Source: an uncultured Gammaproteobacteria bacterium
Lineage (GTDB): Bacteria; Pseudomonadota; Gammaproteobacteria; JACCXJ01
Assembly (NCBI GenBank): GCA_963764725.1
Contig: CAVXTM010000018.1
Span: 416,001 to 480,000, forward strand
Reading direction: 5' to 3'
DNA: 64,000 nt
Part shown: in pieces, positions 51,907 through 63,001 of the stretch
How positions within the stretch are numbered: position 1 is the first letter of the stretch
Layout: each line of letters begins with the position of its first letter
Notes under the pieces: model-generated
Seen by the model: the letters and a program-made list of their open reading frames with translations, nothing else
The model's database searches: none
Told to the model about the DNA's origin: nothing
Made by a program: the position numbers and the translations under genes

Positions 51907-52698
51907 GTGTCTGCCGTATGCGCCCAGGGCATCTGGCTCCTGGCGTTCGTCGCATCCTGGGGGATCGCTTGCCCGGCCCTGCAGGCCGCGCCGCTCCAGT
52001 GCGCGCCGACTGGGATCGATGAGTATGCCGCAGTCCGTTACGTTATCGACGGCGACACCGTGGTGCTCGCGGATCGGCGCAAGATCCGTCTCATCGGCAT
52101 CAATGCACCGGAGATCGGGCGCGAGGGCCGCCGCTCTCAAGCGCTTGCGGAGCTTGCCCGAGGAGCACTAAAACGGCTGCTCACGGGCCAATCCCGCGTT
52201 GGCCTACAGCACGATCGGCAGCAGCGCGATAGGTTCGGGCGGCAACTAAGCCACTTGTTGCTGCGCGATGGCACCAATGTCCAGGCATGGTTACTCGAGC
52301 GGGGCCTCGTAACGGCGTTGATTTTTCCGCCCAACCTCGACTATGTGGAATGTTACCGCGACGCCGAAAGGGCGGCGCGGAGATCGAATCTCGGCCTGTG
52401 GAGGCTCGCGCGCTATAAACCCGTAGATGCAGGGCGCCTCGCGGGTTTGTCCCGGGGCTATCGAGTCGTCACGGGCCGTATCACCGGAGTCCACGCCACG
52501 CGCGCCTCCCAGTGGTTAAACTTCGGCCCGGCCTTCGCGGTTCGAATCCAGCGTACCGATCTCCGGTATTTTAAGCAGTTAGATTTTCAGCATTGGGTGG
52601 GTAAGCTCGTCAGCGTGCGCGGCTGGCTTTCGCGCCGCGACGGTAATACCTACATGCGTTTAAGACACCCCGCGCAACTGGATGCGACACCGGGTTGA
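51907..52698 (+). CDS. Secreted thermonuclease (SNase) family protein with extra C-terminal domain
   Basis: Signal peptide, VIDGDT, RLIGINAPE, DRFGR.L, A......GLW. Confidence 0.88.
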   Translation: MSAVCAQGIWLLAFVASWGIACPALQAAPLQCAPTGIDEYAAVRYVIDGDTVVLADRRKIRLIGINAPEIGREGRRSQALAELARGALKRLLTGQSRVGLQHDRQQRDRFGRQLSHLLLRDGTNVQAWLLERGLVTALIFPPNLDYVECYRDAERAARRSNLGLWRLARYKPVDAGRLAGLSRGYRVVTGRITGVHATRASQWLNFGPAFAVRIQRTDLRYFKQLDFQHWVGKLVSVRGWLSRRDGNTYMRLRHPAQLDATPG

Positions 52699-52725
52699 AG
52701 CGGACGGTCCATGGACATCGCCGAT

Positions 52726-54183
52726 TTAGCGGAAGAACTTGGCCAGCGTCTCGGCCAAGCCCCCGTGCGGGCGTTGCGCCAGCGATTTAAGCGCCAGCAG
52801 CGTGTCGTTATCTGGCGCGAATTGCAATCCAATCGCAACGTATCCTTTGGCCCGGTCGTAGTTGTTGTTGGCCAGTTCGCGCTCGGCGAGAAACGCGAAG
52901 CGTTCTCCAATCGCCATTAATCCCTTGCGCGCCGGTACGTTGCCGGGCTCGATCTCGAGCAAGCGCGAGTAGTAGTAATAAGCGTTGTCCTGGGGAGGGT
53001 GGGTAAGGCGGTAATCGTCCAGACTTTTTTTCGCGAGCCATGCGAGCGCCTTTACCACTTCCTCGCCGCTGGGATCGACGCTGGCGCTCGTTGCTACGGG
53101 GCTCGCGGCGCTTGTGTCTCCCAGAAGCTTCCGATCGACATCGACCGCGAGGCTCTGGAGCTCGGGATCGCGGCGCGGACTCATATCGCGGTCGATACGG
53201 GCCTGAGCGTAAAAAAGACCCGCGTACCCTGCAAGAGCGGCGGCCAGCAGCCCCCCCAGCGCGTGGATCGAACCCCGGGAGGAGGCCCGCACCGGTAGCT
53301 CGATGGCTCGGGCCTTGTCGAGGGGCAGCGTATACTCGCCGGAGACATCGACATCGGGAGTGAGCTTCGCCTGGGCCGATGTCTTGATAATCCCGCTCTG
53401 CATCATGTGCCGCACATGATGCAGCAGACTGTCGGCGTCCCGAAACCGATCTTTGCGGTTCTTCGCCAGCATGAGGTTGATGAGGGGCTGAAATTGATCT
53501 AGGCCGGAAGGCAAAAGCGGAATCGGAGCCCGCTTATGTTGCATGATCACATCAAGGACGGAGTCGGATTGGTAGGGTTTCACGCCTGTCAGCATTTCAT
53601 ACAGGATCACGCCCAGCGCATAGATGTCGGCGCGGCCGTCGATCGAGTTAGGCTCCGCTTGTTCTGGAGCCATGTAGTTCGGGCTTCCGAGGAAGATACC
53701 GGTTTGCGTCAGGTCGAGGTCGGTCGTAAGTTGTTTCGCAATGCCAAAATCACTCAGCAAAGGCGTCCCGTCCTTTCGGAATAGAATATTCGCCGGCTTG
53801 ACATCGCGATGGACTATACCTTTTTTATGCGCAACGCTGAGCCCGCTACCAACCGCAATCAAAATGTCGAGGGCGTCAAAGGGGGTTATGACCGCGCGCA
53901 TGCGTTTGCGCAGGTCGCCACCCTCGACGTACTCCATCGACATATAAGCGGCATCATCGCAGGCGCCGATGTCGTAAATAGTAATGACATGCGGGTGATT
54001 GAGCGAGGCGACGATGCGCGCTTCGTTCATAAAGCGCTCGAAATCCAGCGGGTTCTTGCGCCTATCGGTATTCAGCACCTTCAAGACGACCAATCGGCCC
54101 AACGAATCCTGACGCGCCAAATAGGCGGTCGCCATGCCGCCCGCGCCTATTTTCTGCTGGACCGTGTACCCCGTGATCTCCAT
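52726..54183 (-). CDS. Membrane Hanks-type Ser/Thr protein kinase
   Basis: IGAGGMA, VLK, HRDVKPAN, DFG, GSPNYMAPE, DIYALG; TM then TPR-like tail. Confidence 0.93.
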   Translation of the reverse strand: MEITGYTVQQKIGAGGMATAYLARQDSLGRLVVLKVLNTDRRKNPLDFERFMNEARIVASLNHPHVITIYDIGACDDAAYMSMEYVEGGDLRKRMRAVITPFDALDILIAVGSGLSVAHKKGIVHRDVKPANILFRKDGTPLLSDFGIAKQLTTDLDLTQTGIFLGSPNYMAPEQAEPNSIDGRADIYALGVILYEMLTGVKPYQSDSVLDVIMQHKRAPIPLLPSGLDQFQPLINLMLAKNRKDRFRDADSLLHHVRHMMQSGIIKTSAQAKLTPDVDVSGEYTLPLDKARAIELPVRASSRGSIHALGGLLAAALAGYAGLFYAQARIDRDMSPRRDPELQSLAVDVDRKLLGDTSAASPVATSASVDPSGEEVVKALAWLAKKSLDDYRLTHPPQDNAYYYYSRLLEIEPGNVPARKGLMAIGERFAFLAERELANNNYDRAKGYVAIGLQFAPDNDTLLALKSLAQRPHGGLAETLAKFFR

Positions 54184-54340
54184 ATGCTCTAATTATATCA
54201 ATGCTACGTGCGGCAACGTTGCTTCCGCTCCGCTATCGCAATTTAAGAGAAGCAGGTTTGGAACACTTTTCGCCTTAATTTACGATGTTGATTTAGGAAC
54301 AATCACTACTTTCGTAAAAAAACGGCTCCAGGGATCCCCT

Positions 54341-54817
54341 ATGCTAGCTCAGGCCAAGAAACATGCCATTGCCCGTCCCCAGACGCGCTCGCTTATTACT
54401 AAGATTCTAGAGGAACGCAAGGACGTGTTGGTCTTACTCTGCAAGGTCTCGGGCTTAGCGCCATTTCCAGCGAATAAACCGCTGGTGGCCTTAATGACCG
54501 AGTTTTGTGAGCTTCTGGTCGATTACATCGCAGCGGCGCATTTCGGTCTGTATCAGCGTCTTTCCGAAGGCCAGGAACGGCGGCGTGCGGTGGTTGATCT
54601 GGCGATGGAGATCTATCCGGGCATTGACCGCACCACCCAGATTGCACTTGCGTTTAATGACAAGTACGGGGGGGTGACGCTTTCCGGCGATCTCACCGTC
54701 CTGCACCGGGATCTCTCGCATCTCGGTGAAATTCTCGCCAGCCGAATCGATCTCGAGGACCGCTTGATCACGGCGATGCTGGGCGAGTCCATCGGGCCCG
54801 CCCGATCGGTCGCCTGA
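54341..54817 (+). CDS. rsd: Anti-sigma70 factor Rsd/AlgQ
   Basis: L.ER..., FCELLVDY.AA.HF.LY, FNDKY, LS.LGE.L..R..LEDRLI. Confidence 0.9.
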   Translation: MLAQAKKHAIARPQTRSLITKILEERKDVLVLLCKVSGLAPFPANKPLVALMTEFCELLVDYIAAAHFGLYQRLSEGQERRRAVVDLAMEIYPGIDRTTQIALAFNDKYGGVTLSGDLTVLHRDLSHLGEILASRIDLEDRLITAMLGESIGPARSVA

Positions 54818-54843
54818 GATCACTCGAAATCCCCTGGCTCGCC

Positions 54844-56199
54844 ATGGGTGAGGGCAACACGGATCTCGAGCAGAGGGATCTCTCCGTCTTATGGCACCCC
54901 TGCACCCAAATGAAGGATCACGAACGCCTCCCCGTGATCCCGATTCGACGCGGGCGCGGCGTCTGGCTCGAGGACTTCGACGGCCGGCGCTATCTCGACG
55001 CCATCAGCTCGTGGTGGGTCAATCTCTTCGGCCACAGCCATCCGCGGATCAATGCCGCGGTGAAAGCGCAAGTAGAGGAGCTCGAGCAGGTGTTGCTGGC
55101 CGGGTTTACGCACGAAGCGGCCGTCAGCTTGGCCGAACGACTGGTCGCGATCACACCCGCGGGCCTGACGAAATGTTTTTTCGCCGATAACGGCTCGTGC
55201 GCCGTCGAAGTGGCGCTCAAAATGAGCTTTCATTATTGGCGCAATCGCGGCGAGCTGCGCAAGACCCACTTCATCTGCCTTGAGAATGCGTACCACGGCG
55301 AGACGCTCGGGGCGCTCTCCGTGTCCCAGATCCCCCTCTACCGTGACACCTATGCACCCCTGCTGAAGGATGCGATCGTGGCGCCCTCCCCGGATTGCTA
55401 CCGGCGCGCGCCGGGCGAGACCTGGGCGGAATGTTCGCGGCGCGGATTTGTAGCGATGGCGGATCTCCTGGGGCGCCACGCCGATGAGGTATGCGCGGTC
55501 ATCCTCGAACCGCTGGTTCAATGCGCCGGCCAGATGCGCATGTATGATCCCGTATACTTAAGCTTAGTACGCGCGGCCTGCTCTCAGCATCGCGTGCATC
55601 TGATCGCCGATGAGATCGCGGTCGGTTTCGGTCGCACCGGGACCCTTTTCGCCTGCGAGCAAGCTGCGATCGCGCCCGACTTCCTGTGCCTGTCGAAAGG
55701 GCTGACGGGAGGCTACCTCCCCCTTGGCGCGGTGTTGACCACCGATGAGATTTACCGAGCGTTCTATGATGACTATGACACGCTTAGCGCCTTTCTCCAT
55801 TCGCACAGTTATACCGGCAATCCGCTTGCCTGCCGCGCCGCGCTCGCCACGCTGTCGCTGTTCGAAGAGCAACCGGTGCTGGCGGACAACCGTCAGCTCG
55901 CGCAAGCCATGGCCGCCGCGACGGCGCATTTCACGGACCATCCTCACGTCGCGGAAGTGCGCCAGACGGGCATGATCCTGGCCATCGAAATCGTCCAGGA
56001 CAAAGCGACTAAAACCCCCTACCCCTGGCAAGAACGGCGCGGTCTCCGGATCTACCGGCAAGCCCTCGCGCGCGGCGTGCTGCTGCGTCCCTTGGGAAAC
56101 GTCGTCTATTTTATGCCGCCCTACGTCATCACCGAAGACGAAATCCGTCTTTTAGCCGATGTGGCTATGGAGGGGGTTGACCTCGCGACCTCCGATTGA
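54844..56199 (+). CDS. bioA: Adenosylmethionine-8-amino-7-oxononanoate aminotransferase
   Basis: WHPCTQM, SSWWV, EVALKM, DEIAVGFGRTG, SKGLTGGY, HSYTGNPL. Confidence 0.96.
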   Translation: MGEGNTDLEQRDLSVLWHPCTQMKDHERLPVIPIRRGRGVWLEDFDGRRYLDAISSWWVNLFGHSHPRINAAVKAQVEELEQVLLAGFTHEAAVSLAERLVAITPAGLTKCFFADNGSCAVEVALKMSFHYWRNRGELRKTHFICLENAYHGETLGALSVSQIPLYRDTYAPLLKDAIVAPSPDCYRRAPGETWAECSRRGFVAMADLLGRHADEVCAVILEPLVQCAGQMRMYDPVYLSLVRAACSQHRVHLIADEIAVGFGRTGTLFACEQAAIAPDFLCLSKGLTGGYLPLGAVLTTDEIYRAFYDDYDTLSAFLHSHSYTGNPLACRAALATLSLFEEQPVLADNRQLAQAMAAATAHFTDHPHVAEVRQTGMILAIEIVQDKATKTPYPWQERRGLRIYRQALARGVLLRPLGNVVYFMPPYVITEDEIRLLADVAMEGVDLATSD

Positions 56200-56201
56200 G
56201 C

Positions 56202-56933
56202 ATGCGCATCCCCCGCGTCTACGTGGAGGCACCCCTTCGATGCGGCGCCACTCTCGCATTGCCACGGGCGTGCGCGGAGCATCTGGTGCGCGTATTGCGC
56301 CGACAGGCGGGGGATGCCATCGTGCTGTTTAACGGCCAAGGGGGGGAATGGGAGGCCACGATCGCGTCGATCGGGCGCGCGGAGGCGGCCGTGATCATCG
56401 GTCCCCACCACGCCATCGAACGGGAGTCGCCTTTGCGCGTAACGCTGGCGCAGGGCCTAGCACGGGGCGAGCGCATGGACTATACGATCCAGAAAGCCGT
56501 CGAGCTCGGGATCACGCACATCGTTCCCATCGCAGCGCGACGCTCGGTGGTACAACTGGCAGAGGCGCGCGCCGAACGCCGGCTGGATCACTGGCGCAAA
56601 GTGATCCGGCAAGCGTGCGAACAGTGTGGACGCAATCGCTTACCCGCGATCGAACCCGTGCTCGATTTACCCACCTGGCTGGCGCGCGCGACTTCGGGAG
56701 TCAATGTGCTGCTTGCGACCGCAGGCGAGACCATGCTGTCGGATCTCACGCTGACCGAACCGAGCCTCACGCTCTTGGCCGGACCCGAAGGGGGATGGAG
56801 CCAGGAGGAGGTGTACGCGGCGCGCCAGGCCGGGTTCTTAGGCTTGCGCCTGGGGCCGCGGATCTTGCGCACGGAGACGGCTGCGGTGGCCGCCCTCAGC
56901 GCGTTTAATAGCTTGTGGGGAGACTTGCGTTGA
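56202..56933 (+). CDS. rsmE: 16S rRNA m3U1498 methyltransferase
   Basis: HL.RVLR, QKAVELG, EQCGR, GPEGG, LGPRILRTETA. Confidence 0.96.
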   Translation: MRIPRVYVEAPLRCGATLALPRACAEHLVRVLRRQAGDAIVLFNGQGGEWEATIASIGRAEAAVIIGPHHAIERESPLRVTLAQGLARGERMDYTIQKAVELGITHIVPIAARRSVVQLAEARAERRLDHWRKVIRQACEQCGRNRLPAIEPVLDLPTWLARATSGVNVLLATAGETMLSDLTLTEPSLTLLAGPEGGWSQEEVYAARQAGFLGLRLGPRILRTETAAVAALSAFNSLWGDLR

Positions 56934-56947
56934 AGTCAATTTAGATT

Positions 56948-57049
56948 TCGCCACCAGTACAACCCCGTGGCGACCAAAGGGGCGAGCTGCGCCTCTCCCC
57001 TTTGGAAACCCCATCGCCAAGATCCCCGCGGCAAGAGCGTGGGGGAATA
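56948..57049 (+). repeat. Dispersed three-hairpin intergenic element, copy 2
   Basis: TCGCC..GGCGA CCAAAGGGGCGAG..CTCCCCTTTGG AAACCCCAT..CCCCGCG..CGTGGGG. Confidence 0.75.
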
Positions 57050-57162
57050 GATTTTTAACAGAACCACAACCGCAGCTCCAGTAGGCTATCCGTCCGCCAC
57101 CCTCCGGTGTGGTAGACTAGTGATTGCGTTGCCGCGCTATACCCGCGCGGCTAAGCCACCGC

Positions 57163-58572
57163 GTGAAACCCGACTCAATCAAAGACAGCCTCTGGAGCTC
57201 GCGGTTTTCCGAACCGACCGACGCCTTCGTCCAACGCTTCACGGCCTCCGTTCCTTTCGATAAACGCCTCTACTGGCACGATATCGAGGGGTCCAAAGCG
57301 CATGCCCGCATGCTGGCCCGGATCGGGGCGCTGAGCGCCGCCGAATGTGACGCCATCGTCACCGCTCTCGACGCGATCCGCGACGCTATCGAGCGCGGGG
57401 AGATCGAGTGGTCGATCGCGCTCGAAGACGTGCATATGAACATCGAAGCGCGGCTCACGGAACGCATCGGCGAAGTGGGAAAGAAACTCCATATGGGACG
57501 CTCGCGCAATGACCAAGTGGCCACCGATATCCGGCTCTATTTGCGCGCCGAGATCGACGCCATCATCGGCCAACTGCACCTGCTCATGGCTGCGCTCGTC
57601 GATGTCGCCGAACGTGAAGCCGCGACCATCCTACCGGGCTACACGCACCTGCAAACGGCGCAACCCGTGACCTTCGGCCACCACATGCTGGCGTGGTTCG
57701 AGATGTTTTGCCGTGATCGGGACCGGCTCTGCGACTGCCGCCAACGCGTCAATGTCCTGCCCTTGGGCGCGGCCGCGCTCGCCGGCACGAGCTTTCCCAT
57801 CGATCGCGAATTCACCGCCCGGGCGCTCGGATTTGAGGGCATCGCCGAGAATTCTCTCGATGCCGTAAGTGATCGCGACTTCGCGATCGAGTTCGCGGCC
57901 TGCGCCGCGCTCATTCTCATGCACCTCTCCCGCTGTTCCGAGGAACTCGTTCTATGGTCATCGCAAGCGTTCGACTTCATCGAGATCGGCGACGCCTTCT
58001 GCACCGGTTCCTCCATCATGCCGCAGAAGAAGAACCCGGACGTACCGGAGCTCGTGCGCGGGAAGAGTGGACGCGTCTACGGTCACCTGATGGGGCTCTT
58101 GACGCTGATGAAATCGCAGCCCTTGGCCTACAATAAAGACAACCAAGAAGATAAAGAGCCCTTGTTCGATATCATCGACACCGTCAAGGGCTGTCTACGC
58201 GTCTACACGGATCTCGTGCCCGCCATCGCAATCAAGCGCGAGAGGATGCGCGAGGCCGCACGCCGCGGGTACAGTACGGCCACCGATCTCGCGGACTACT
58301 TGGCTCGCAAAGGGATGCCGTTCCGCGATGCGCACGCCGCCGTAGGCCGCGTCGTCCGCTACGCCATCGCCGAGCGGAAAGACTTGGCCGAGCTGACACT
58401 CGCCGAATTGCGGCAATTTTCAAGCTGCGTCGAAAACGATGTATTCGAGGTATTGACCTTGGAAGGATCGGTGGCCGCGCGTAATCATTTCGGTGGCACG
58501 GCGCCCGAGCAGGTGCGCGCGGCCGTCCGACGGGCGCGCCAGCGTTTAGCGGTTAAGAAAGGAAAGGCATGA
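57163..58572 (+). CDS. argH: Argininosuccinate lyase (start uncertain)
   Basis: [31 protein letters not shown]. Confidence 0.97.
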   Translation: MKPDSIKDSLWSSRFSEPTDAFVQRFTASVPFDKRLYWHDIEGSKAHARMLARIGALSAAECDAIVTALDAIRDAIERGEIEWSIALEDVHMNIEARLTERIGEVGKKLHMGRSRNDQVATDIRLYLRAEIDAIIGQLHLLMAALVDVAEREAATILPGYTHLQTAQPVTFGHHMLAWFEMFCRDRDRLCDCRQRVNVLPLGAAALAGTSFPIDREFTARALGFEGIAENSLDAVSDRDFAIEFAACAALILMHLSRCSEELVLWSSQAFDFIEIGDAFCTGSSIMPQKKNPDVPELVRGKSGRVYGHLMGLLTLMKSQPLAYNKDNQEDKEPLFDIIDTVKGCLRVYTDLVPAIAIKRERMREAARRGYSTATDLADYLARKGMPFRDAHAAVGRVVRYAIAERKDLAELTLAELRQFSSCVENDVFEVLTLEGSVAARNHFGGTAPEQVRAAVRRARQRLAVKKGKA

Positions 58573-61478
58573 CTAAGCTTCTGAAGATCATCGCCGCGGT
58601 GTTCGGGTTCGTCGTCCTATTGATGGTCGCGGCCGCGATCATAATTCCCATGGTCATAAACCCTAACGACTTCAAGGGCGAAATCATCGGGCAGGTAGAG
58701 AAAACGACGGGTAGAAAACTCGATCTGGCGGGCGACATCGGACTCACGGTGTTCCCTAGGCTGGGCCTAGAGCTCGGCGCGACCACGCTCGGCAATGCGC
58801 CCGGGTTCGGCGAGCAGCCCTTCCTTAGATCGGAGCGCGTGCAGGTGCGAGTCAAGCTGCTGCCGTTGTTACAGAAGCAGGTCGAGATGGACACCGTCGG
58901 GCTCGAGGGTCTGGAGCTGAATCTGGCGCGCGATAAATCGGGACGATCCAACTGGGACGATTTGCTCCAGAAGGGCGCGCAAGCAACGCCCCCCGCCGAT
59001 GCCCCCGCGGGCAAGCCGAACGCAGCGGCCGAGGCCGCACCACAACCGTTCGCCGCCTTGGCCCTTGGCGGTGTCGCTCTCAAAGGCGGCCGCATTACCT
59101 GGGATGACCGGCAACAGGGGGAGCGCTACACGATTGAAGATCTGAACCTGGAAACCGGAGCGATCGCTCCGGGCGAACCGGTGCCGCTCGATCTCTCCCT
59201 GGCTTTCGATGCGCCGCCGCAAGGCCTTACGGGCAATCTTGCCTTGGAGGGCACGGTCGACTATGACCTCGAAGGCCGACGTTACGGGGTTAAACCCTTG
59301 GATTTCACGGCCAAGCTCAAGGGCAAATCGGTGCCGGGCGGCGCGCTCGACCTCACGTTGACGGCTGATCACGTCAATGCCGATCTCGAGCAAAACGCGG
59401 CCACGGTGTCCGGCCTGGCGCTCGATGCCGGCGGGGCAAGCCTGAGCGGCGATATCCAGGTGCAGAACCTCACGTCAGGCAAACCGGCCGTCACCTATAC
59501 GCTGCGCGCCAAGGGCCAAGAGCTTTCGGGATTGATCAAGGCCGCGGGCGAGGCATTCAACATCGCGGGGATCCCCAAGTCACTCACGGCGCTCAGCATC
59601 GACATGGGGATGAGCGGCAGCGCGGCCAAGGTCGCCGTCGAGCCGTTCAAGCTCCAAGGCACCTTGCAAGCGGCCGGCGCGAAGGGGCCGCTGAATCTCG
59701 ATTTGCGGAGCGAGCGCATGGACCTCGATCTCACCAGCAAAGCGGTTGCGGTCAAGGCGGGAGCCCTCAAGATTAGCGGCGACGATGTCGTTCCGGTCTT
59801 AAAAGAGCTCGGTGTGAGCGGCCCCGGCTTGGAGACCTTGGCGATCGGGCTCAACGTGGATACGGAATTCTCGGGCACGGGCACGAAGCTCACGCTCGCG
59901 CCCTTCAATGTCAAGGCCGCTCTTGCGGGCGAGACCCTACCGAACAAAGCCGCCGAGGTGACGCTCGCGACGCGTGCCGAGGTCGATCTCGACAAGCAGA
60001 CCGCGGCGCTCCATGATCTCGCTCTGCAGGGTCTCGGCCTCGATCTCCGGGGTGCGGCGCAGGCCGAGAACATTCAGAAGGATCCGAAGTTTGCCGGAAC
60101 GCTTAAGCTCAAGCCTTTCGACGCGCGCAAGCTGCTCACACAATTGGGTCAGGCGGTGCCCGAGACCACCGATCCGAAAGCATTAACGAACGTTGGCTTC
60201 GAGACCGCGCTCGCGGGATCGAAAAATAGCATTAACTTGAGCAATCTCGCGCTGCGGCTCGACGACTCGCGGATCAAAGGCACGATAAGCGTCGCCGATT
60301 TTTCGCAGCCCGCCATCGGCTTCAAGCTCGATGTGGACGGAATCGACGCCGATCGTTATTTACCCCGTGAGAAAGTGGAGAAGGCCGGGGGAGATGCCCG
60401 GAAGAGCCAAAAATCCCCCGCTAAGAAGGATCGCGGCGCTCGTGACGCGGCGAGCGGCACGGATGATGACGGAGTCTCCGTCGGCAGCACCGCGGGCGGA
60501 TTAAATCTCAAGGGCGTGCTCACCGTGGGCAAGCTCGAGATCGCAAACGCCACGCTGACCCGGCTTAGCGTGGCCGTTAACGCGAAGGATGGCGACATCA
60601 ACCTGAACCCGATCGCGGCCGATCTCTACCAAGGCAAGATCGCGGGGAGTGTCGGCCTCAATACCCGGGCAGCGAAACCGAAGTTGAGCATGAATGAGTC
60701 TCTGACTGGCGTGCAGATGGAGCCGCTGCTCAAAGACCTCTCGGGTGAGGCTAAGATCGCCGGAACGGCGAATCTCAAGGCGCAGATCAATGGCGCCGGG
60801 GCGAGTGCCGATGCGATCAAGCGCACGCTCTCGGGCAAGGCGGCTTTCCAGTTTCTGGACGGCACCCTCATCGGCGTCAATCTCGGCCAATTGATGCGTA
60901 AGGCCCAAGCAGGCTTTGTCGGTAAAGTCGATGAAAACGCAAAAACGGATTTTAGCGAGATGGCGGGCACGTTGATTTTTGACCAAGGTGTCGTCCGCAA
61001 TCAGGACCTAGTGCTCAAGTCGCCGTTGCTTCGGATCGCCGGACAAGGCCAAGCAGATCTGGTGAGCGAACGCATCGACTATACGCTGAACACGACCCTA
61101 TCCGCGACCGCTGAGGGGCAGGGCGGCAAGCAGCTGACCGATCTCGGTGGGATCACGATCCCGATTAAGGTGAGTGGCACCTTCGACGATCCTAGCTATA
61201 CCCCAGACGTGGCCGGTCTCGCCAGGGCCAAAGCGGCAAAGGCGTTGGAGAAAAACAAGGAAAAGATCACCGAAAAGCTCAAGGAGAAGTTGGGCAAGGA
61301 TGCGGGTGGCGTGCTGGGTGAGACCTTGGGCGGTCTGCTTGGAGGCAAGAAGCCGCGGGCCGGCGATGCGCCCAAAGAGAACGGCGAGACCGCACCGGCG
61401 CCCACCGAGGCGGCCCCCGCGCGGGATCAGAGCAACAAGGACGTTCAAGAAAAGCTCAAGGATCTGCTCCGATTCTAA
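58569..61478 (+). CDS. asmA: AsmA family protein, elongated
   Basis: N-terminal TM, PNDFK..I...V...TGR, G..NWDDL, TDF.E..G, SPLLRI.G; asmA-mutY-yggX synteny. Confidence 0.9.
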   Translation: MTKLLKIIAAVFGFVVLLMVAAAIIIPMVINPNDFKGEIIGQVEKTTGRKLDLAGDIGLTVFPRLGLELGATTLGNAPGFGEQPFLRSERVQVRVKLLPLLQKQVEMDTVGLEGLELNLARDKSGRSNWDDLLQKGAQATPPADAPAGKPNAAAEAAPQPFAALALGGVALKGGRITWDDRQQGERYTIEDLNLETGAIAPGEPVPLDLSLAFDAPPQGLTGNLALEGTVDYDLEGRRYGVKPLDFTAKLKGKSVPGGALDLTLTADHVNADLEQNAATVSGLALDAGGASLSGDIQVQNLTSGKPAVTYTLRAKGQELSGLIKAAGEAFNIAGIPKSLTALSIDMGMSGSAAKVAVEPFKLQGTLQAAGAKGPLNLDLRSERMDLDLTSKAVAVKAGALKISGDDVVPVLKELGVSGPGLETLAIGLNVDTEFSGTGTKLTLAPFNVKAALAGETLPNKAAEVTLATRAEVDLDKQTAALHDLALQGLGLDLRGAAQAENIQKDPKFAGTLKLKPFDARKLLTQLGQAVPETTDPKALTNVGFETALAGSKNSINLSNLALRLDDSRIKGTISVADFSQPAIGFKLDVDGIDADRYLPREKVEKAGGDARKSQKSPAKKDRGARDAASGTDDDGVSVGSTAGGLNLKGVLTVGKLEIANATLTRLSVAVNAKDGDINLNPIAADLYQGKIAGSVGLNTRAAKPKLSMNESLTGVQMEPLLKDLSGEAKIAGTANLKAQINGAGASADAIKRTLSGKAAFQFLDGTLIGVNLGQLMRKAQAGFVGKVDENAKTDFSEMAGTLIFDQGVVRNQDLVLKSPLLRIAGQGQADLVSERIDYTLNTTLSATAEGQGGKQLTDLGGITIPIKVSGTFDDPSYTPDVAGLARAKAAKALEKNKEKITEKLKEKLGKDAGGVLGETLGGLLGGKKPRAGDAPKENGETAPAPTEAAPARDQSNKDVQEKLKDLLRF

Positions 61479-61525
61479 ACAAAGCGGCGACACCGGTACG
61501 GCCTGCGGGCGAATGTGAACTAGCT

Positions 61526-62569
61526 GTGGATAATTTCAGCCAGCGGGTATTGCGTTGGTATCGCCTGCACGGCCGGAAGGATCTCCCGTGGCAGCGCCCG
61601 CCATCACCGTATCGCGTATGGCTTTCCGAAGTCATGCTGCAGCAGACTCAAGTCCCTACCGTCATCCCTTTTTTCGAGCGGTTTATCATGCGCTTCCCTA
61701 ACGTGAAGGGCCTTGCCGAGGCGCCGATCGATGAGGTCCTGCATTACTGGTCCGGGCTCGGCTACTACGCGCGGGCGCGGAACCTCCATCAGGCCGCGCG
61801 CATCGTGTTGGAACGCCATGCAGGCGAGTTACCGCGGGGTCTCGATGATCTCATGCATTTACCCGGCGTCGGCCGCTCGACAGCAGGCGCCATACTGTCG
61901 CTGGGTTTCGGCGAACGACAGCCGATACTCGACGGCAACGTCAAACGTGTCCTCGCGCGTTACCACGCCATCGGCGGATGGCCGGCTTCGCCTTCCGTCG
62001 AACGGGAGCTATGGGCCCGCTCGGAACAGCATACGCCGGCGGCGCAAGTGTCGGAATATACCCAGGCGATCATGGACCTCGGTGCGACCCTTTGCACGCG
62101 GAGCGTTCCGCGTTGCGGCGCGTGTCCCGTGCGCGCGGGGTGTCAAGCATACCGGCTCGGACTCACTTCAGATTATCCCGAAGCGAAGCCCCGAAAGGTG
62201 TTGCCAAAACGCACGACTTGCTTCGTGATCGTGCGAAATGCCAAGGCGGAAATCTTGCTGGAGCAACGGCCTCCGGCCGGGATCTGGGGTGGCCTATGGA
62301 GCTTCCCCGAATGCCCGCCGAGTACCGACCCAATCGACTGGTGTTGGCGCTACCTCGGTGTCGAGCCAACACAGCTCCATAGCGGGCGACCGTTCCGGCA
62401 CACTTTCAGCCATTTCGATCTCGAGATTCGTCCAGTGTATCTGCGGGTAGGGGAACTCCGGTCAGGGGTTAACGATCGTGGTGCGACGCTCTGGTACAGC
62501 AAAGCGTCCTCGCGACCCCTCGGCTTGGCGGCGCCTGCCATAAAACTTCTGAAAACACTCAGTCAATGA
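61526..62569 (+). CDS. mutY: A/G-specific adenine glycosylase
   Basis: SEVMLQQTQV, GLGYYARARN, DGNVKRV, 4Fe-4S C-x6-C-x2-C-x5-C. Confidence 0.97.
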   Translation: MDNFSQRVLRWYRLHGRKDLPWQRPPSPYRVWLSEVMLQQTQVPTVIPFFERFIMRFPNVKGLAEAPIDEVLHYWSGLGYYARARNLHQAARIVLERHAGELPRGLDDLMHLPGVGRSTAGAILSLGFGERQPILDGNVKRVLARYHAIGGWPASPSVERELWARSEQHTPAAQVSEYTQAIMDLGATLCTRSVPRCGACPVRAGCQAYRLGLTSDYPEAKPRKVLPKRTTCFVIVRNAKAEILLEQRPPAGIWGGLWSFPECPPSTDPIDWCWRYLGVEPTQLHSGRPFRHTFSHFDLEIRPVYLRVGELRSGVNDRGATLWYSKASSRPLGLAAPAIKLLKTLSQ

Positions 62570-62581
62570 TCAGGTGTGCCT

Positions 62582-62851
62582 ATGACACGTATCGTAACTT
62601 GCATTAAGCTCGGGAAGGACGCCGAGGGATTGACCGCCGCACCGTATCCGGGGGAGCTCGGCCGGCGCATCTATGAGAACGTCTCCAAGGAGGCCTGGCA
62701 GATGTGGCTCAAGCACCAAACCATGCTCATCAACGAATATCGCCTGACCCCGCTCGACCCCAAGGCGCGCTCGTTTCTGGAGCAAGAAATGGAAAGATTC
62801 TTCTTCGGCCAGGGCTCCGCAAAACCGGAGGGCTACGTGCCGCCTGCGTAA
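62582..62851 (+). CDS. yggX: Fe(II)-trafficking / oxidative damage protection protein
   Basis: MTR.V.C.KL..., PGELG.RI...[15 protein letters not shown]. Confidence 0.95.
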   Translation: MTRIVTCIKLGKDAEGLTAAPYPGELGRRIYENVSKEAWQMWLKHQTMLINEYRLTPLDPKARSFLEQEMERFFFGQGSAKPEGYVPPA

Positions 62852-62881
62852 AAGCAGAGGGATCATCTCACCGTCCGTCCC

Positions 62882-62910
62882 TTGACGCGCGCCATCCTGC
62901 CCGTTCTAAT
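62882..62910 (+). promoter_or_regulatory. Sigma70 promoter of tRNA-Phe
   Basis: TTGACG, 17 bp, TCTAAT, then a GC-rich discriminator AGCGCGTCC. Confidence 0.6.
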
Positions 62911-62929
62911 AGCGCGTCCAAAAACACCG

Positions 62930-63001
62930 GGCCAGGTAGCTCAGTCGGTAGAGCAGGGGACTGAAAATCCCTGTGTCGGCGGTTCAATTCCGGCTTGGTC
63001 G
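62930..63001 (+). tRNA. tRNA-Phe (GAA) with degenerate 3' end, possibly non-functional
   Basis: GGCCAGGTAGCTCAGTCGGTAGAGCAGGGGACTGAAAATCCCTGTGTCGGCGGTTCAATTCCG is canonical; the following GCTTGGTCGGTCC lacks CCTGGCC-ACCA. Confidence 0.8.
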
